64,000 bases of DNA from contig JANQOV010000021.1 in NCBI GenBank assembly GCA_028285645.1, positions 696 to 64,695 of the forward strand, read 5' to 3'. Positions 1 through 10,699 of this stretch are shown here, one piece after another. The stretch's first letter is position 1; each line of letters begins with the position of its first letter. The notes under the pieces are model-generated. The model was not told where the DNA came from. It made no database searches and saw only the letters and a list, made by a program, of their open reading frames with translations. The DNA comes from Hyphococcus sp. (GTDB lineage Bacteria > Pseudomonadota > Alphaproteobacteria > Caulobacterales > Parvularculaceae). Position numbers and translations under genes: made by a program.

Positions 1-1
1 T

Positions 2-802
2 GCGGGCATAGGTCCGTGGGCGATCGAAAACGGCCTTGTCGCGCCTACCGGCGATATGACGCCGGTTCGCATTTTCATGGAAAACTCCGGCGCTCTTGCG
101 GTCGCCCATGCGCCAACGCCAGCGGGCGTTGTCGACTATGAAGGCGAAGCCAGCATTGACGGCGTGCCCGGCGCTGCTGCGCCCATCCTAATTGAGTTTC
201 TTAACATCGCCGGCTCAAGCTGCGGTGCGCTCTTGCCGACCGGGAATGCGATGGACGAGGAAGCGGGCGTACCCTTCACATGCATCGATAATGGCATGCC
301 GGTCGTCATTTTGCGAGCCAGCGATTTCGGCCTCAAGGGCGATGAGTCGCCGGCAAGCCTTGAGGCTGACGCGAACCTCGAGGCGCGCATTGAGAAACTG
401 CGCCTTAGCATCGGTCCGCGCATGAATCTGGGCGACGTTTCAGCTAAAACCGTTCCGAAAATGATATTAACCGCGCCGCCCTTCGCCGGCGGCGCAATCT
501 CGACACGGAGCTTCATACCGCACCGCGTACACGAAGCGATCGGCGTTCTGGGCGCGGTCAGCGTCGCGACCGCGTGCCTCGTGCCCGGCTCGCTCGCCGC
601 TGAAGTCGCCGCGCCGCCATCAAAAGGTAACGGCCCGCAGCAGCTCGACATAGAGCATCCGAGCGGCGCCTTTGCGGTCGAGGTCGACATCGAAGCGAAG
701 GACGATGATTTCGCGGTAAAGCGCGCCGCGCTCATCCGCACGGCCCGCAAGCTGATGCGCGGTAAGATTTTCATTCCCGCAAGCGTATGGAGGGGCCAGT
801 GA
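2..802 (+). CDS. ligU: 4-oxalomesaconate tautomerase (PrpF/LigU family), 5'-truncated by window edge
   Basis: Frame open from base 2 (AGIGPWAIENGLV...). PrpF-like motifs CIDNGMP, KTVPK, IEHPSG, RTARKL; lies in lig operon. Confidence 0.85.
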   Translation, partial: AGIGPWAIENGLVAPTGDMTPVRIFMENSGALAVAHAPTPAGVVDYEGEASIDGVPGAAAPILIEFLNIAGSSCGALLPTGNAMDEEAGVPFTCIDNGMPVVILRASDFGLKGDESPASLEADANLEARIEKLRLSIGPRMNLGDVSAKTVPKMILTAPPFAGGAISTRSFIPHRVHEAIGVLGAVSVATACLVPGSLAAEVAAPPSKGNGPQQLDIEHPSGAFAVEVDIEAKDDDFAVKRAALIRTARKLMRGKIFIPASVWRGQ

Positions 803-1689
803 GCATCAACACCATTGCGCTCATCGGATTCGGCGAGGTCGGCCAGGTTTTCGGCGCCGATCTTCCCACCGCCAACCGGTGCAACCTTGTTGCATGGGAC
901 GTGAAGTTTCCCGACCAAGAAAGCGAGCCGGCGCAGGCGGCGGCGAGAAGCGCGGTCGCCGTGAGCGCGAACGCCGAAGCGGCAGCCTGTGGCGCGAACC
1001 TCATAATATCCGCGGTTACGGCTGGCGAAACAGTCGCCGCGGCGCGAAGCGTCACGGCGACACTTGCGTCCGGCGCCTACTTTCTCGACGTCAACTCAGC
1101 CGCTCCCGCCGCAAAGCGCGACGCCGCGCGTATTATTGAAACGGCGGGCGGACGCTATGTGGAAGCGGCGATCATGTCGCCGATCTCGCCAAAGCGGCTC
1201 GGCTGTTCGATCCTGCTTGGCGGTCCCCATGCCGGCGAATTCAAAGACATCGCGGCGACGCTCGGTTTTTCAAACGCACAGTGTTATTCTGAAACCCTTG
1301 GACAGACGGCGGCGGCGAAACTCTGCCGCAGCGTTGTTATCAAGGGGCTTGAAGCGCTTCTGTCCGAGGGCCTCGCCGCTGCGCGCTACTACCGCGTCGA
1401 AGAAACGGTACTCGAATCTCTCGACAATCTTCATCCGGGCGCGGACTGGCGAGAACTTTCGCGCTATATGATTTCGCGTGCGAACCTTCACGGCGCGCGG
1501 CGCGCAGAAGAGATGCGCGAGGCCGCTGCGACCATCGCGGATGCGGGGCTCGATCCGTTGATGAGCTTGGCCGCCGCGCGACGGCACGCCTGGATCGCCA
1601 GACGCCTGGGCGATGCCGCAGATATTCATTTGGAGTCAGCGCTCGACAGCCTCGTCGCAACGCCGCTCAAGGAGCGCGCGCCATGCTGA
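799..1689 (+). CDS. NAD(P)-dependent oxidoreductase, 6PGDH/3-hydroxyisobutyrate DH-like with DUF1932-type C-terminus
   Basis: IGFGEVG Rossmann motif, KLCRSVVIKG, HGARRAEEM; GTG at 799 overlaps the ligU stop. Confidence 0.75.
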   Translation: MSINTIALIGFGEVGQVFGADLPTANRCNLVAWDVKFPDQESEPAQAAARSAVAVSANAEAAACGANLIISAVTAGETVAAARSVTATLASGAYFLDVNSAAPAAKRDAARIIETAGGRYVEAAIMSPISPKRLGCSILLGGPHAGEFKDIAATLGFSNAQCYSETLGQTAAAKLCRSVVIKGLEALLSEGLAAARYYRVEETVLESLDNLHPGADWRELSRYMISRANLHGARRAEEMREAAATIADAGLDPLMSLAAARRHAWIARRLGDAADIHLESALDSLVATPLKERAPC

Positions 1690-2708
1690 TTATTGATTGC
1701 CACGGACATCACACGGTCGCACCACAACCGCATCTCGAGTATCGGGAAGCGCAGAAAGCGCGCCTGAACGATCCCAGCCTTCCGCGCCCCAATCGGCCTG
1801 ACATCAGCGACGACGAAATCCGTGAAGGCATCGAAGCTAATCAGCTCAAGCTTATTCAAGAGCGAGGCGCGGACATGACCATCTTTTCGCCCCGCGCCTC
1901 GCGCATGGAGCCCCATGTAGGCGATGCGGAGACCTCGCTGGACTGGTCTCGCGCCTGCAACGATCTGGTTTATCGTGTAACGGCGCTCTATCCCGATGTT
2001 TTTATCGGCGCCTGCCAGTTGCCGCAGTCTCCGAACGGTGCGCTGGATAATTCCATCCACGAGCTAGAGCGTTGCGTTACAGAACTCGGCTTCGTCGGCT
2101 GCAATTTAAACCCCGACCCTTCGGGCGGTCACTGGACGGCGCCGCCGCTCACCGACCGCTTCTGGTATCCGATCTATGAAAAAATGGTCGAGCTTGACGT
2201 TCCGGCGATGATTCATGTCTCCGGCTCGTGCAACCCTGCCTTTCACGCGACGGGGTCTTATTACATCGCAGCGGACACCAATGCCTTCATGCAGTTCCTG
2301 CAAGGTAATCTGTTCAAGGACTTTCCGGAGCTCAAATTCATCATTCCCCATGGCGGCGGCGCGGTTCCCTATCACTGGGGACGCTATCGCGGCCTTGCGG
2401 ATATGCTGAAACAACCCGCCCTCGACGATCATCTGATGCACAACATCTATTTCGACACCTGCGTCTATCATCAGCCCGGGATTGACCTCCTTTTCAACGT
2501 AATCGATATCGACAACATCCTATTCGGCTCGGAAATGGTCGGCGCCGTGCGCGGAATCGATCCGCAGACGGGGCATTATTTCGACGACACAAAACGCTAT
2601 ATCGACGCGCTCGATCTTTCAGACGCAGCTCGGCGCAAGGTGTTTGAAGAAAACGCTCGGCGTGTCTTCCCGCGGCTCGATGAGCGCCTGAAAGAGAGGA
2701 GCCGATGA
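1683..2708 (+). CDS. ligJ: 4-oxalomesaconate hydratase
   Basis: IIDCHGH, FSPRAS, NLNPDPSGG, PHGGGAVPYHWGRYRG, FGSEMVGAV are typical LigJ motifs. Confidence 0.93.
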   Translation: MLIIDCHGHHTVAPQPHLEYREAQKARLNDPSLPRPNRPDISDDEIREGIEANQLKLIQERGADMTIFSPRASRMEPHVGDAETSLDWSRACNDLVYRVTALYPDVFIGACQLPQSPNGALDNSIHELERCVTELGFVGCNLNPDPSGGHWTAPPLTDRFWYPIYEKMVELDVPAMIHVSGSCNPAFHATGSYYIAADTNAFMQFLQGNLFKDFPELKFIIPHGGGAVPYHWGRYRGLADMLKQPALDDHLMHNIYFDTCVYHQPGIDLLFNVIDIDNILFGSEMVGAVRGIDPQTGHYFDDTKRYIDALDLSDAARRKVFEENARRVFPRLDERLKERSR

Positions 2709-3615
2709 ACACGCCCGCGGAAACGTTCGAAAGGACGCCGGGTTGGCTCGATTGGCAGGCGAGCCCGTCGAAGCCGAAATTCACTCCGCCCCCGGGTGCG
2801 GTTGACGCCCATTGCCATGTGTTCGGACCGGGCAATGAATTCCCCTTCGCGCCGGAACGCAAATATACCCCCTGCGACGCGTCCAAGCACCAGCTCTTTG
2901 CGCTTCGCGATTATCTCGGATTTTCACGCAATGTCCTGGTGCAGGCGAGCTGTCACGGCGTGGACAACGCTGCGCTGCTTGATGCGATCGCCCACTCAGA
3001 CGGCAAGGCGCGCGGCGTCGCAACGGTCCCTCTTGATATTGCTGACAACGACCTAGAAGCACTGCATGAAGGCGGCGTGCGCGGCGTTCGTTTCAATTTC
3101 GTCCGGCGTCTTGCGGACCCACTTCCTGCCGATGCGCTGATGGCGCTCGCGCACCGCCTCGAAGCGCTCTGTTGGCATATCGTCGTTTATTTCGAAGCCG
3201 CAGATCTGCCGACGCTTTACGGTTTCTTTTCTTCCCTGCCGACGCAAGTCATCGTCGATCATATGGGCCGGCCTGACACAACGCAGCCGGCGCAAGGGAC
3301 GGACTTCGACCTATTCATCCGACTGCTTGAAGAAAACCCGAATGTCTGGTCGAAAGTCAGTTGCCCCGAGCGTATCTCAAAATCCGGCCCCCCGAGCTAT
3401 GGTGATGTTGTTCCGTTTGCGCGGCGCGTCATCGAAACGTTTTCCGACCGGGTCCTTTGGGGCACTGACTGGCCTCATCCCAATATGAAATCGCATATGC
3501 CAGACGACGGTCATCTCGTCGATTTCATCCCGAAAATTGCACCGTCTACGGAATTGCACCACAAACTGCTCGTCGACAACCCGATGCGGCTCTACTGGCC
3601 CGAGGAGGCTCGCTG

Positions 3616-3616
<1 letters not shown>
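2705..3616 (+). CDS. ligI: 2-pyrone-4,6-dicarboxylate hydrolase
   Basis: DAHCHVFGP, VQASCHG, DHMGRPD, WGTDWPHPN. Confidence 0.93.
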
Positions 3617-4847
<1,231 letters not shown>

Positions 4848-4866
4848 ACAGACGGGAGTCTATCGA

Positions 4867-5817
4867 ATGAAAGTCATTCTCGCCGGCGCCGGCGCCTTTG
4901 GCGAAAAACACCTCGACGGCATCAGGAGTATCGACGGCGTAGAGGTCGTCTCGCTTGTGGGCCGCCGCCTTGAGCCGACAAGGGCTGTCGCAGAAAAATA
5001 CGGCGTCGCGCATGCAACGACCGAACTCGGGGAAGCGCTGGCGCAGCCCGGCGTCGATGCGGCTATTCTCTGCACGCCGACGCAGATGCATGCGGCGCAG
5101 GCGATCGAATGCATGCACGCCGGCAAACATGTTCAGGTCGAAATTCCGCTGGCTGACAGTTGGGCGGACGCGCAAGCCGTCAGCGCCAAACAAAAGGAAA
5201 CCGGTCTCGTCGCCATGGTCGGTCATACGCGGCGCTTTAATCCGTCCCATCAATGGGTGCATAACAAGATTAAAGCCGGAGAACTCTCCATTCAGCAAAT
5301 GGACGTTCAAACCTATTTCTTCCGCCGGCAGAACATGAACGCAAAAGGTGAGCCGCGCTCCTGGACCGATCACCTTTTATGGCACCATGCGGCCCATACG
5401 GTCGATCTCTTTCAATATCAGACGGGTGAAAAGGTCATCGTCGCCAACGCTGTCGAAGGGCTGCCGCATCTGGACCTCGGCATCGCGATGGATATGTCGA
5501 TCCAGTTGAAGACGGAGACGGGCAAAATTCTCACGCTCTCCCTGTCGTTCAACAATGACGGACCGCTCGGCACGTTTTTCCGTTACATCTGCGACAACGG
5601 CACCTATATCGCCCGCTATGACGATCTGGTGACGGGCCGCGAGGAGCCCATTGACGTTTCCGCCGTCGACGTCTCCATGAACGGCATCGAATTGCAGGAC
5701 CGGGAGTTTTTCGCCGCCATTCGCGAGGGGCGCGAACCGAATTCAAGCGTCGGCAAGGTTCTGCCCTGCTACGAGACTCTGCATCAGCTTGAACAACAAC
5801 TGAATGCACAAAGCTGA
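4867..5817 (+). CDS. ligC: 4-carboxy-2-hydroxymuconate-6-semialdehyde dehydrogenase
   Basis: GAGAFGEKH, TPTQMH, HVQVEIP, SWTDHLLWHHAAH (Gfo/Idh/MocA family). Confidence 0.93.
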   Translation: MKVILAGAGAFGEKHLDGIRSIDGVEVVSLVGRRLEPTRAVAEKYGVAHATTELGEALAQPGVDAAILCTPTQMHAAQAIECMHAGKHVQVEIPLADSWADAQAVSAKQKETGLVAMVGHTRRFNPSHQWVHNKIKAGELSIQQMDVQTYFFRRQNMNAKGEPRSWTDHLLWHHAAHTVDLFQYQTGEKVIVANAVEGLPHLDLGIAMDMSIQLKTETGKILTLSLSFNNDGPLGTFFRYICDNGTYIARYDDLVTGREEPIDVSAVDVSMNGIELQDREFFAAIREGREPNSSVGKVLPCYETLHQLEQQLNAQS

Positions 5818-5825
5818 CCTGTCCC

Positions 5826-6812
5826 ATGAAAACGCGGAAACTGGGCCCCTTTGACGTGGGCGAAATCGGCCTCGGCTGCATGAACTTAAGCCACGCTTAC
5901 GGCGCGCTGCGGCCGCCGGAAAAGGGCGCGGAAGTCATCGCGCATGCGGTCGATCTTGGGGTGACGCATTTTGATACCGCCGCGCTCTACGGTTTCGGGA
6001 GCAATGAGGAACTCGTGGGCGCAACGCTTAAACCCCATCGCAACAAAGTCATACTTGCCAGCAAATGCGGCATGCAGGGCGTCGATGGCAAACGTGTAAT
6101 TGACGGGCGGCCGGCAACGCTTCGCGAAACACTCAAAGCGTCTCTTGCGCGTCTGCAAACGGACGTCATCGATCTTTACTATCTTCATCGCTGGGACAAG
6201 TCGGTGCCTATCGAAGACTCGATCGGCGAAATGAGCCAGTGGGTCGAAGCCGGCCTTATCCGCGCCATCGGTCTTTCCGAGGTTTCAGCAGCCACCCTTC
6301 GCAAGGCCCATGCGGTTCACCCGATAGCGGCGGTCCAAACGGAATATTCTTTGTGGACGCGCAACGCAGAAATCGCCGTGCTCGATGCATGCGCAGATTT
6401 GGACGTTGCCTTTGTCGCTTTCTCACCCCTGGCGCGAGGGTTTCTAGCCGGCCGCGCAATGGATCCATCTGCTTTCGACGAGAGAGACATTCGCCGCGGC
6501 ATGCCCCGCTTTCAAGAGCCGTACTGGTCCAAAAACGTCGCGCTGTTGCCGGACTATCACGAGACAGCAAGAGACGTCGGCTGCACGCCGGCGCAGCTCA
6601 CCCTCGCCTGGGCGCTCGGCAAAGATCTGCATATCCATGTCATTCCGGGCACGACCTCGCCGGCTCATCTCGCTGAAAATCTTGGCGCAAGCCGCGTCGT
6701 CCTTGATCAGATTGTCTTCGCCCGGCTCGACAACGCCATCAACCAGGCAATCGTCTTCGGTCCGCGCTACCCGGCTGCGACGCAGCTTGAGATCGACACA
6801 GAAGAATTTTGA
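5826..6812 (+). CDS. Aldo/keto reductase
   Basis: IGLGCM, FDTAALYG, IDLYYLHR, IGLSE, AFSPL, IPGT. Confidence 0.9.
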   Translation: MKTRKLGPFDVGEIGLGCMNLSHAYGALRPPEKGAEVIAHAVDLGVTHFDTAALYGFGSNEELVGATLKPHRNKVILASKCGMQGVDGKRVIDGRPATLRETLKASLARLQTDVIDLYYLHRWDKSVPIEDSIGEMSQWVEAGLIRAIGLSEVSAATLRKAHAVHPIAAVQTEYSLWTRNAEIAVLDACADLDVAFVAFSPLARGFLAGRAMDPSAFDERDIRRGMPRFQEPYWSKNVALLPDYHETARDVGCTPAQLTLAWALGKDLHIHVIPGTTSPAHLAENLGASRVVLDQIVFARLDNAINQAIVFGPRYPAATQLEIDTEEF

Positions 6813-6849
6813 CCCTCTGAAATATCGCTTCTCACTATTGTTGACTTGA

Positions 6850-6860
6850 TTGTAGGACAA
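6850..6860. promoter_or_regulatory. Putative GntR-family operator TTGTAGGACAA in the pobA promoter
   Basis: Pseudo-palindrome overlapping or lying between candidate -35 TTGATT (6846-6851) and -10 GATAAT (6869-6874); recurs at 13267, 18533 and 20173. Confidence 0.7.
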
Positions 6861-6946
6861 TTTTAGTAGATAATCTTCTTCGCCACCCACCTCGTGAAGG
6901 ACTGCTGTCCCTTGCGCCATGACGGAAATAGCCAGGGAGAAAACCC

Positions 6947-8116
6947 ATGAAAACGGATGTCGTCATTATCGGCGCAGGCCCTTCCGGATTGATGCTGGCG
7001 CATCTGCTCCATGCTGCGGGCGTCAACCCGATTGTGCTCGAGCGGCACACACAAGAACACGTGTTGAGCCGCATTCGAGCAGGCGTTCTTGAAAGCACGA
7101 CGACGGACGTGCTTGTCGAGCTCGGCATCGACGAACGGATGAACAGGGAAAGCCTGCAGCACGATGGTGTTGTGTTCGCGGACGGAGAGCGACTCATCCG
7201 TATCGACATGGCTGCACTCACCGGCCGCCATGTCACAGTCTATGGGCAAACGGAAGTGACAAAAGATCTCATCGACGCCGCCGAAGATCGGAACATCCAT
7301 GTGGTCTGGGAGTCCGAAGATGTCGCCCTGCACAATGTAGACGGGGTCGATCCTCATATCACGTATACGAAAAACGGCAAGGAAGAGCGTGTCGATGCAA
7401 AGCTAATTGCCGGATGCGACGGCTTTCACGGGCCTTCCCGTCAGGTGATCTCCGCGGAGACGGGGCGACCGTTTGAACTTATTTATCCTTTCGGTTGGCT
7501 TGGCGTTCTCGCGGATGTGCCTCCTTGTACTGAAGAGTTGATATACGCCAATCACGAACGCGGCTTCGCCCTAGCATCCATGCGATCTATGTCTCGTAGT
7601 CGCTATTACATTCAGGTTCCGCTTGATCAAACGATCGATGACTGGCCGGATGAAAAATTTTGGGATGAAATATGCACGCGGCTAGGCCCAAACGCCGCAA
7701 GCCATGTCACTCGCGGCCCGTCATTAGAGAAATCCATAGCGCCGCTGCGCTCGTTCGTCTTTGAACCGATGAACCACGGGCGCCTCTTTCTTGCCGGCGA
7801 CGCGGCTCATATCGTTCCACCCACCGGAGCCAAAGGCCTTAACCTGGCTGCTAGCGACATTGTCTATCTTTCTGATGCGATGATCGCCTATTTCAAATCA
7901 GGTGACGAAGCAGCGCTGAAGGGTTACTCAGCTAAAGCGCTCGCCCGCATCTGGAAATCAGAACGGTTTAGCTGGTATTTGACAAAACTCATGCACCGTT
8001 TTCCCGAGAACGCCGACTTTGATCGGCGCATGCAACTCGCTGAACTCGACTACCTCGCTGAGTCAGAGGCAATGCAGACGATGCTTGCGGAGAATTATGT
8101 CGGCCTGCCGATCTGA
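6947..8116 (+). CDS. pobA: 4-hydroxybenzoate 3-monooxygenase
   Basis: GAGPSG, RIRAGVLE, VYGQTEVT, GCDGFHG, GDAAHIVPPTGAKGLN, AENYVGLP. Confidence 0.96.
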   Translation: MKTDVVIIGAGPSGLMLAHLLHAAGVNPIVLERHTQEHVLSRIRAGVLESTTTDVLVELGIDERMNRESLQHDGVVFADGERLIRIDMAALTGRHVTVYGQTEVTKDLIDAAEDRNIHVVWESEDVALHNVDGVDPHITYTKNGKEERVDAKLIAGCDGFHGPSRQVISAETGRPFELIYPFGWLGVLADVPPCTEELIYANHERGFALASMRSMSRSRYYIQVPLDQTIDDWPDEKFWDEICTRLGPNAASHVTRGPSLEKSIAPLRSFVFEPMNHGRLFLAGDAAHIVPPTGAKGLNLAASDIVYLSDAMIAYFKSGDEAALKGYSAKALARIWKSERFSWYLTKLMHRFPENADFDRRMQLAELDYLAESEAMQTMLAENYVGLPI

Positions 8117-8448
8117 TCGCGGCGATTCTCTTTTAGGTTTTTGCGGTACGCCGGCGTCATATCGGCTGGCGTCCAGATGTGATTGCCGTCGAGTTCGACG
8201 GTTACATCGCCAACGTCTGGAAGTTGTTCAAGGCGTACTTTTGCTTCATTGAGAAATACGCCTGCCATAAGGCACATGGGATGCGTGACCCCGATCAGAA
8301 TGCGCAATGATGGCTTGTCCGCTCTCGGCTCAATGTTCACTGTTCGGACCAGCCCCATATCGACAAGCCCCGCAGGTGCTCCCGCGGCCTCGCTGCATGG
8401 GTCGATGATTTCGTTTAACACCTCGTAAATTTGGCGTTCCATTAGCAT
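8095..8448 (-). CDS. DUF59/PaaD-like metal-sulfur cluster assembly protein
   Basis: IDPC...LVDMGLV, THPMC, WTPADMT motifs; 117 aa. Confidence 0.8.
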   Translation of the reverse strand: MLMERQIYEVLNEIIDPCSEAAGAPAGLVDMGLVRTVNIEPRADKPSLRILIGVTHPMCLMAGVFLNEAKVRLEQLPDVGDVTVELDGNHIWTPADMTPAYRKNLKENRRDQIGRPT

Positions 8449-8451
8449 GGG

Positions 8452-9537
8452 TTATGAAGCCATCCCGCCAACCGGCCGACCCGGCGCTCTTTGTTCACGA
8501 ACCGGACCCCATGGTTCGGCTAGTGTTTTCTCCCAGCCGAACTCGTCTTCGGCGCACAATTTTTTTATCGCCTCGACGTCCCAGCCGTGCTGACGTGCGA
8601 AATTGGCGCCTAAAATTCCAGCCTTCATCTCTTCGGTGAGCTTGGGATAGCCTCTTGGCATTTCAAACCGCCAGAACGCCTCCACATAGGGACCCGGGTG
8701 CGCTCCTGTGGCGCCGGTCGCGTAAAAAAGCCGGTCATGGGCGCCGGTTGCGAGCAGCGGCGCCATCATGTCAGCGAATTTGTCGGCCATATTAATTGCG
8801 AAACACGGATTCGTCTCGAGGTTCACAGAGACGTTTTCATATTTTTCAAGCAGCGCCGCCGTCTCTTCGATGAACGCGAACCCGCCATGGACAATTTCAA
8901 AAATCATGTCCGGAAACGCTTCGATCGCTGGCGCCATGTCCGCAACGTGATAATTATCGATCGTCAATGGACCGAAAGGAACGGCCTTGTGAACGGCGAT
9001 GACCTTAAGGCCTTTGTCGCGCGCCCGCTCGATCAGCGGAAACATGTTGTTTTCGTCATCGAAGCGCGTTGCGTGAATGCGTCCGTTTACGAGATCCAGG
9101 GGATAAAACTTCACACCAATGACGCCATGTTCATCGATCAGTTTGTCCATGCGTTCCAACGCGCCGTCTCGCCAAGGGCTGATGTCGCCGTAAATATGCA
9201 TCCGCTGCGGCCATTTCTCCCGCGTTTTCTCGGCAATGTGAATCGGCGAACTGCCGTCGCCGAAGAGACCGTAAAGCGGAACGCCATGATAAACCGCGAC
9301 ATCGGTAAGACTTTCCCGAAAAAGTGCTTCTTCCAGTGGCTTTGGCTGCATCTGGAACAAATCCTGGAACTCTTGAAAGCTCAATCGGTAACGCGGGTCC
9401 CCTTGCGGGTGAATCTGGTTCTGACTGAACTGGTAGAGCATTTTGACGACATTCGAGACAAATGGCGCTTCGTAATTCTCAACGCCGAAATTGAATGCAT
9501 GGACCGTCGCATCGACAACGAGAACGTCTTCAATCAT
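8452..9537 (-). CDS. Amidohydrolase_2-fold metalloenzyme, atypical
   Basis: Likely start MIEDVLVVDATVH (9537); GVKFYP, AVHKA, FEIVHGG, ILGANFAR. Confidence 0.75.
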   Translation of the reverse strand: MIEDVLVVDATVHAFNFGVENYEAPFVSNVVKMLYQFSQNQIHPQGDPRYRLSFQEFQDLFQMQPKPLEEALFRESLTDVAVYHGVPLYGLFGDGSSPIHIAEKTREKWPQRMHIYGDISPWRDGALERMDKLIDEHGVIGVKFYPLDLVNGRIHATRFDDENNMFPLIERARDKGLKVIAVHKAVPFGPLTIDNYHVADMAPAIEAFPDMIFEIVHGGFAFIEETAALLEKYENVSVNLETNPCFAINMADKFADMMAPLLATGAHDRLFYATGATGAHPGPYVEAFWRFEMPRGYPKLTEEMKAGILGANFARQHGWDVEAIKKLCAEDEFGWEKTLAEPWGPVREQRAPGRPVGGMAS

Positions 9538-9967
9538 CGCCTTGTTCTCCCTGCCCGCTGAGCGCCTCGACAACTTTCTCGCCAATCATCTGATCTTCAG
9601 TATAATGACCGCCGGCGATCGCAAAACCACCTATGCAGTTGCCGTCAAGGAGTAGAGGAAACCCGCCCGGTACGGCAAGCAAGTCATCACCCGCTTCAAG
9701 CGCGCGCATTCCAACCGGATCGCCGCGGGCCATTTCCGCAAGCACGGCTGAAGGAAACTGAAAACTGGCCGCCGTCACCGCTTTCCGTCTAGCCGGTTCG
9801 AGACTTGTATACGCTGCACGATCAGTTCGCATTAAGACCAAAGGGCGGCCGCCAGAATCAACTGCGACGACCGAAATCTCGTGATTGAAACGCTCAGCCA
9901 ATGCAATGGCTTCTTCACAGGCCTTGCGAGCCAGCGCCAATTTTCGGTTGGCCAATTTTGTCGTCAT
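9530..9967 (-). CDS. GlcG/HbpS (DUF336) heme-binding family protein
   Basis: VVAVDSGG, ARRKAVTA, GGFPL, IGGFAIAGG...D pattern. Confidence 0.8.
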   Translation of the reverse strand: MTTKLANRKLALARKACEEAIALAERFNHEISVVAVDSGGRPLVLMRTDRAAYTSLEPARRKAVTAASFQFPSAVLAEMARGDPVGMRALEAGDDLLAVPGGFPLLLDGNCIGGFAIAGGHYTEDQMIGEKVVEALSGQGEQGDD

Positions 9968-9991
9968 TATCTTGCCCTGCTGTGAGGTTCT

Positions 9992-10654
9992 CTAACCGGC
10001 CTCGCGCATTTTTTTAAGGCGCGCCAGCATTTCCGGCGTTACCTTCGTTCGCTGCATATCGTAGTCGCAGGCCTGTCTTGCCAGGCAGTTTCCGAACCAC
10101 TCCTCAAACGCGCCGCCAAAGCGTGTGACATCAAGGTCCGCCACTTTTAGCATGGAAAGAACCGCAGCAACATTGAGATCAGCAACCGTGAAGCGGTCAC
10201 CCACAAGGTATTCTCGATCGGCCAAGAACGAATCAAGCACCGCCAGCGGTTTTGAAAGCGCATCCAGGGCGGCGTTGACTTCTTCATCATTACGCATTTC
10301 CGGCGGCATAATGATGCAGTTGTGAATGATCGGCATCAAGAGCGGTTCAATGCTTGTCGCCGCCCACAGTGCCCATTGCAAAAACTGGCCTTCTTCCTCC
10401 GGAGACCTCGGGCCGAGCACGCCACCATATTTGCGCGCTAGGTAGAGCGTGATCGCAAGCGATTCCCCCATGGAGAAATCACCGTCGGCCATAGCCGGAA
10501 CCTGACCCAGAGGATTAAGGGCGAGATAGTCGGGCGACTTGTGCTCGCCCTCAAAGAGATTGACCTCCTTCAACTCGTAGTCGAGGCCAATCTCTTCGGC
10601 GAGCCAGATGGCGCGAAAGGCGCGGGAAGCTTTTTGCCCGTAGATCGTGATCAT
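9992..10654 (-). CDS. Glutathione S-transferase (GstA/beta-like)
   Basis: SRAFR, LNPLGQVP, ESLAI, YLVGDRFTVAD. Confidence 0.9.
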   Translation of the reverse strand: MITIYGQKASRAFRAIWLAEEIGLDYELKEVNLFEGEHKSPDYLALNPLGQVPAMADGDFSMGESLAITLYLARKYGGVLGPRSPEEEGQFLQWALWAATSIEPLLMPIIHNCIIMPPEMRNDEEVNAALDALSKPLAVLDSFLADREYLVGDRFTVADLNVAAVLSMLKVADLDVTRFGGAFEEWFGNCLARQACDYDMQRTKVTPEMLARLKKMREAG

Positions 10655-10699
10655 TGCCTTTCACCCTCCATTTGGCTTGGATAAACCGATACAAAAAGT

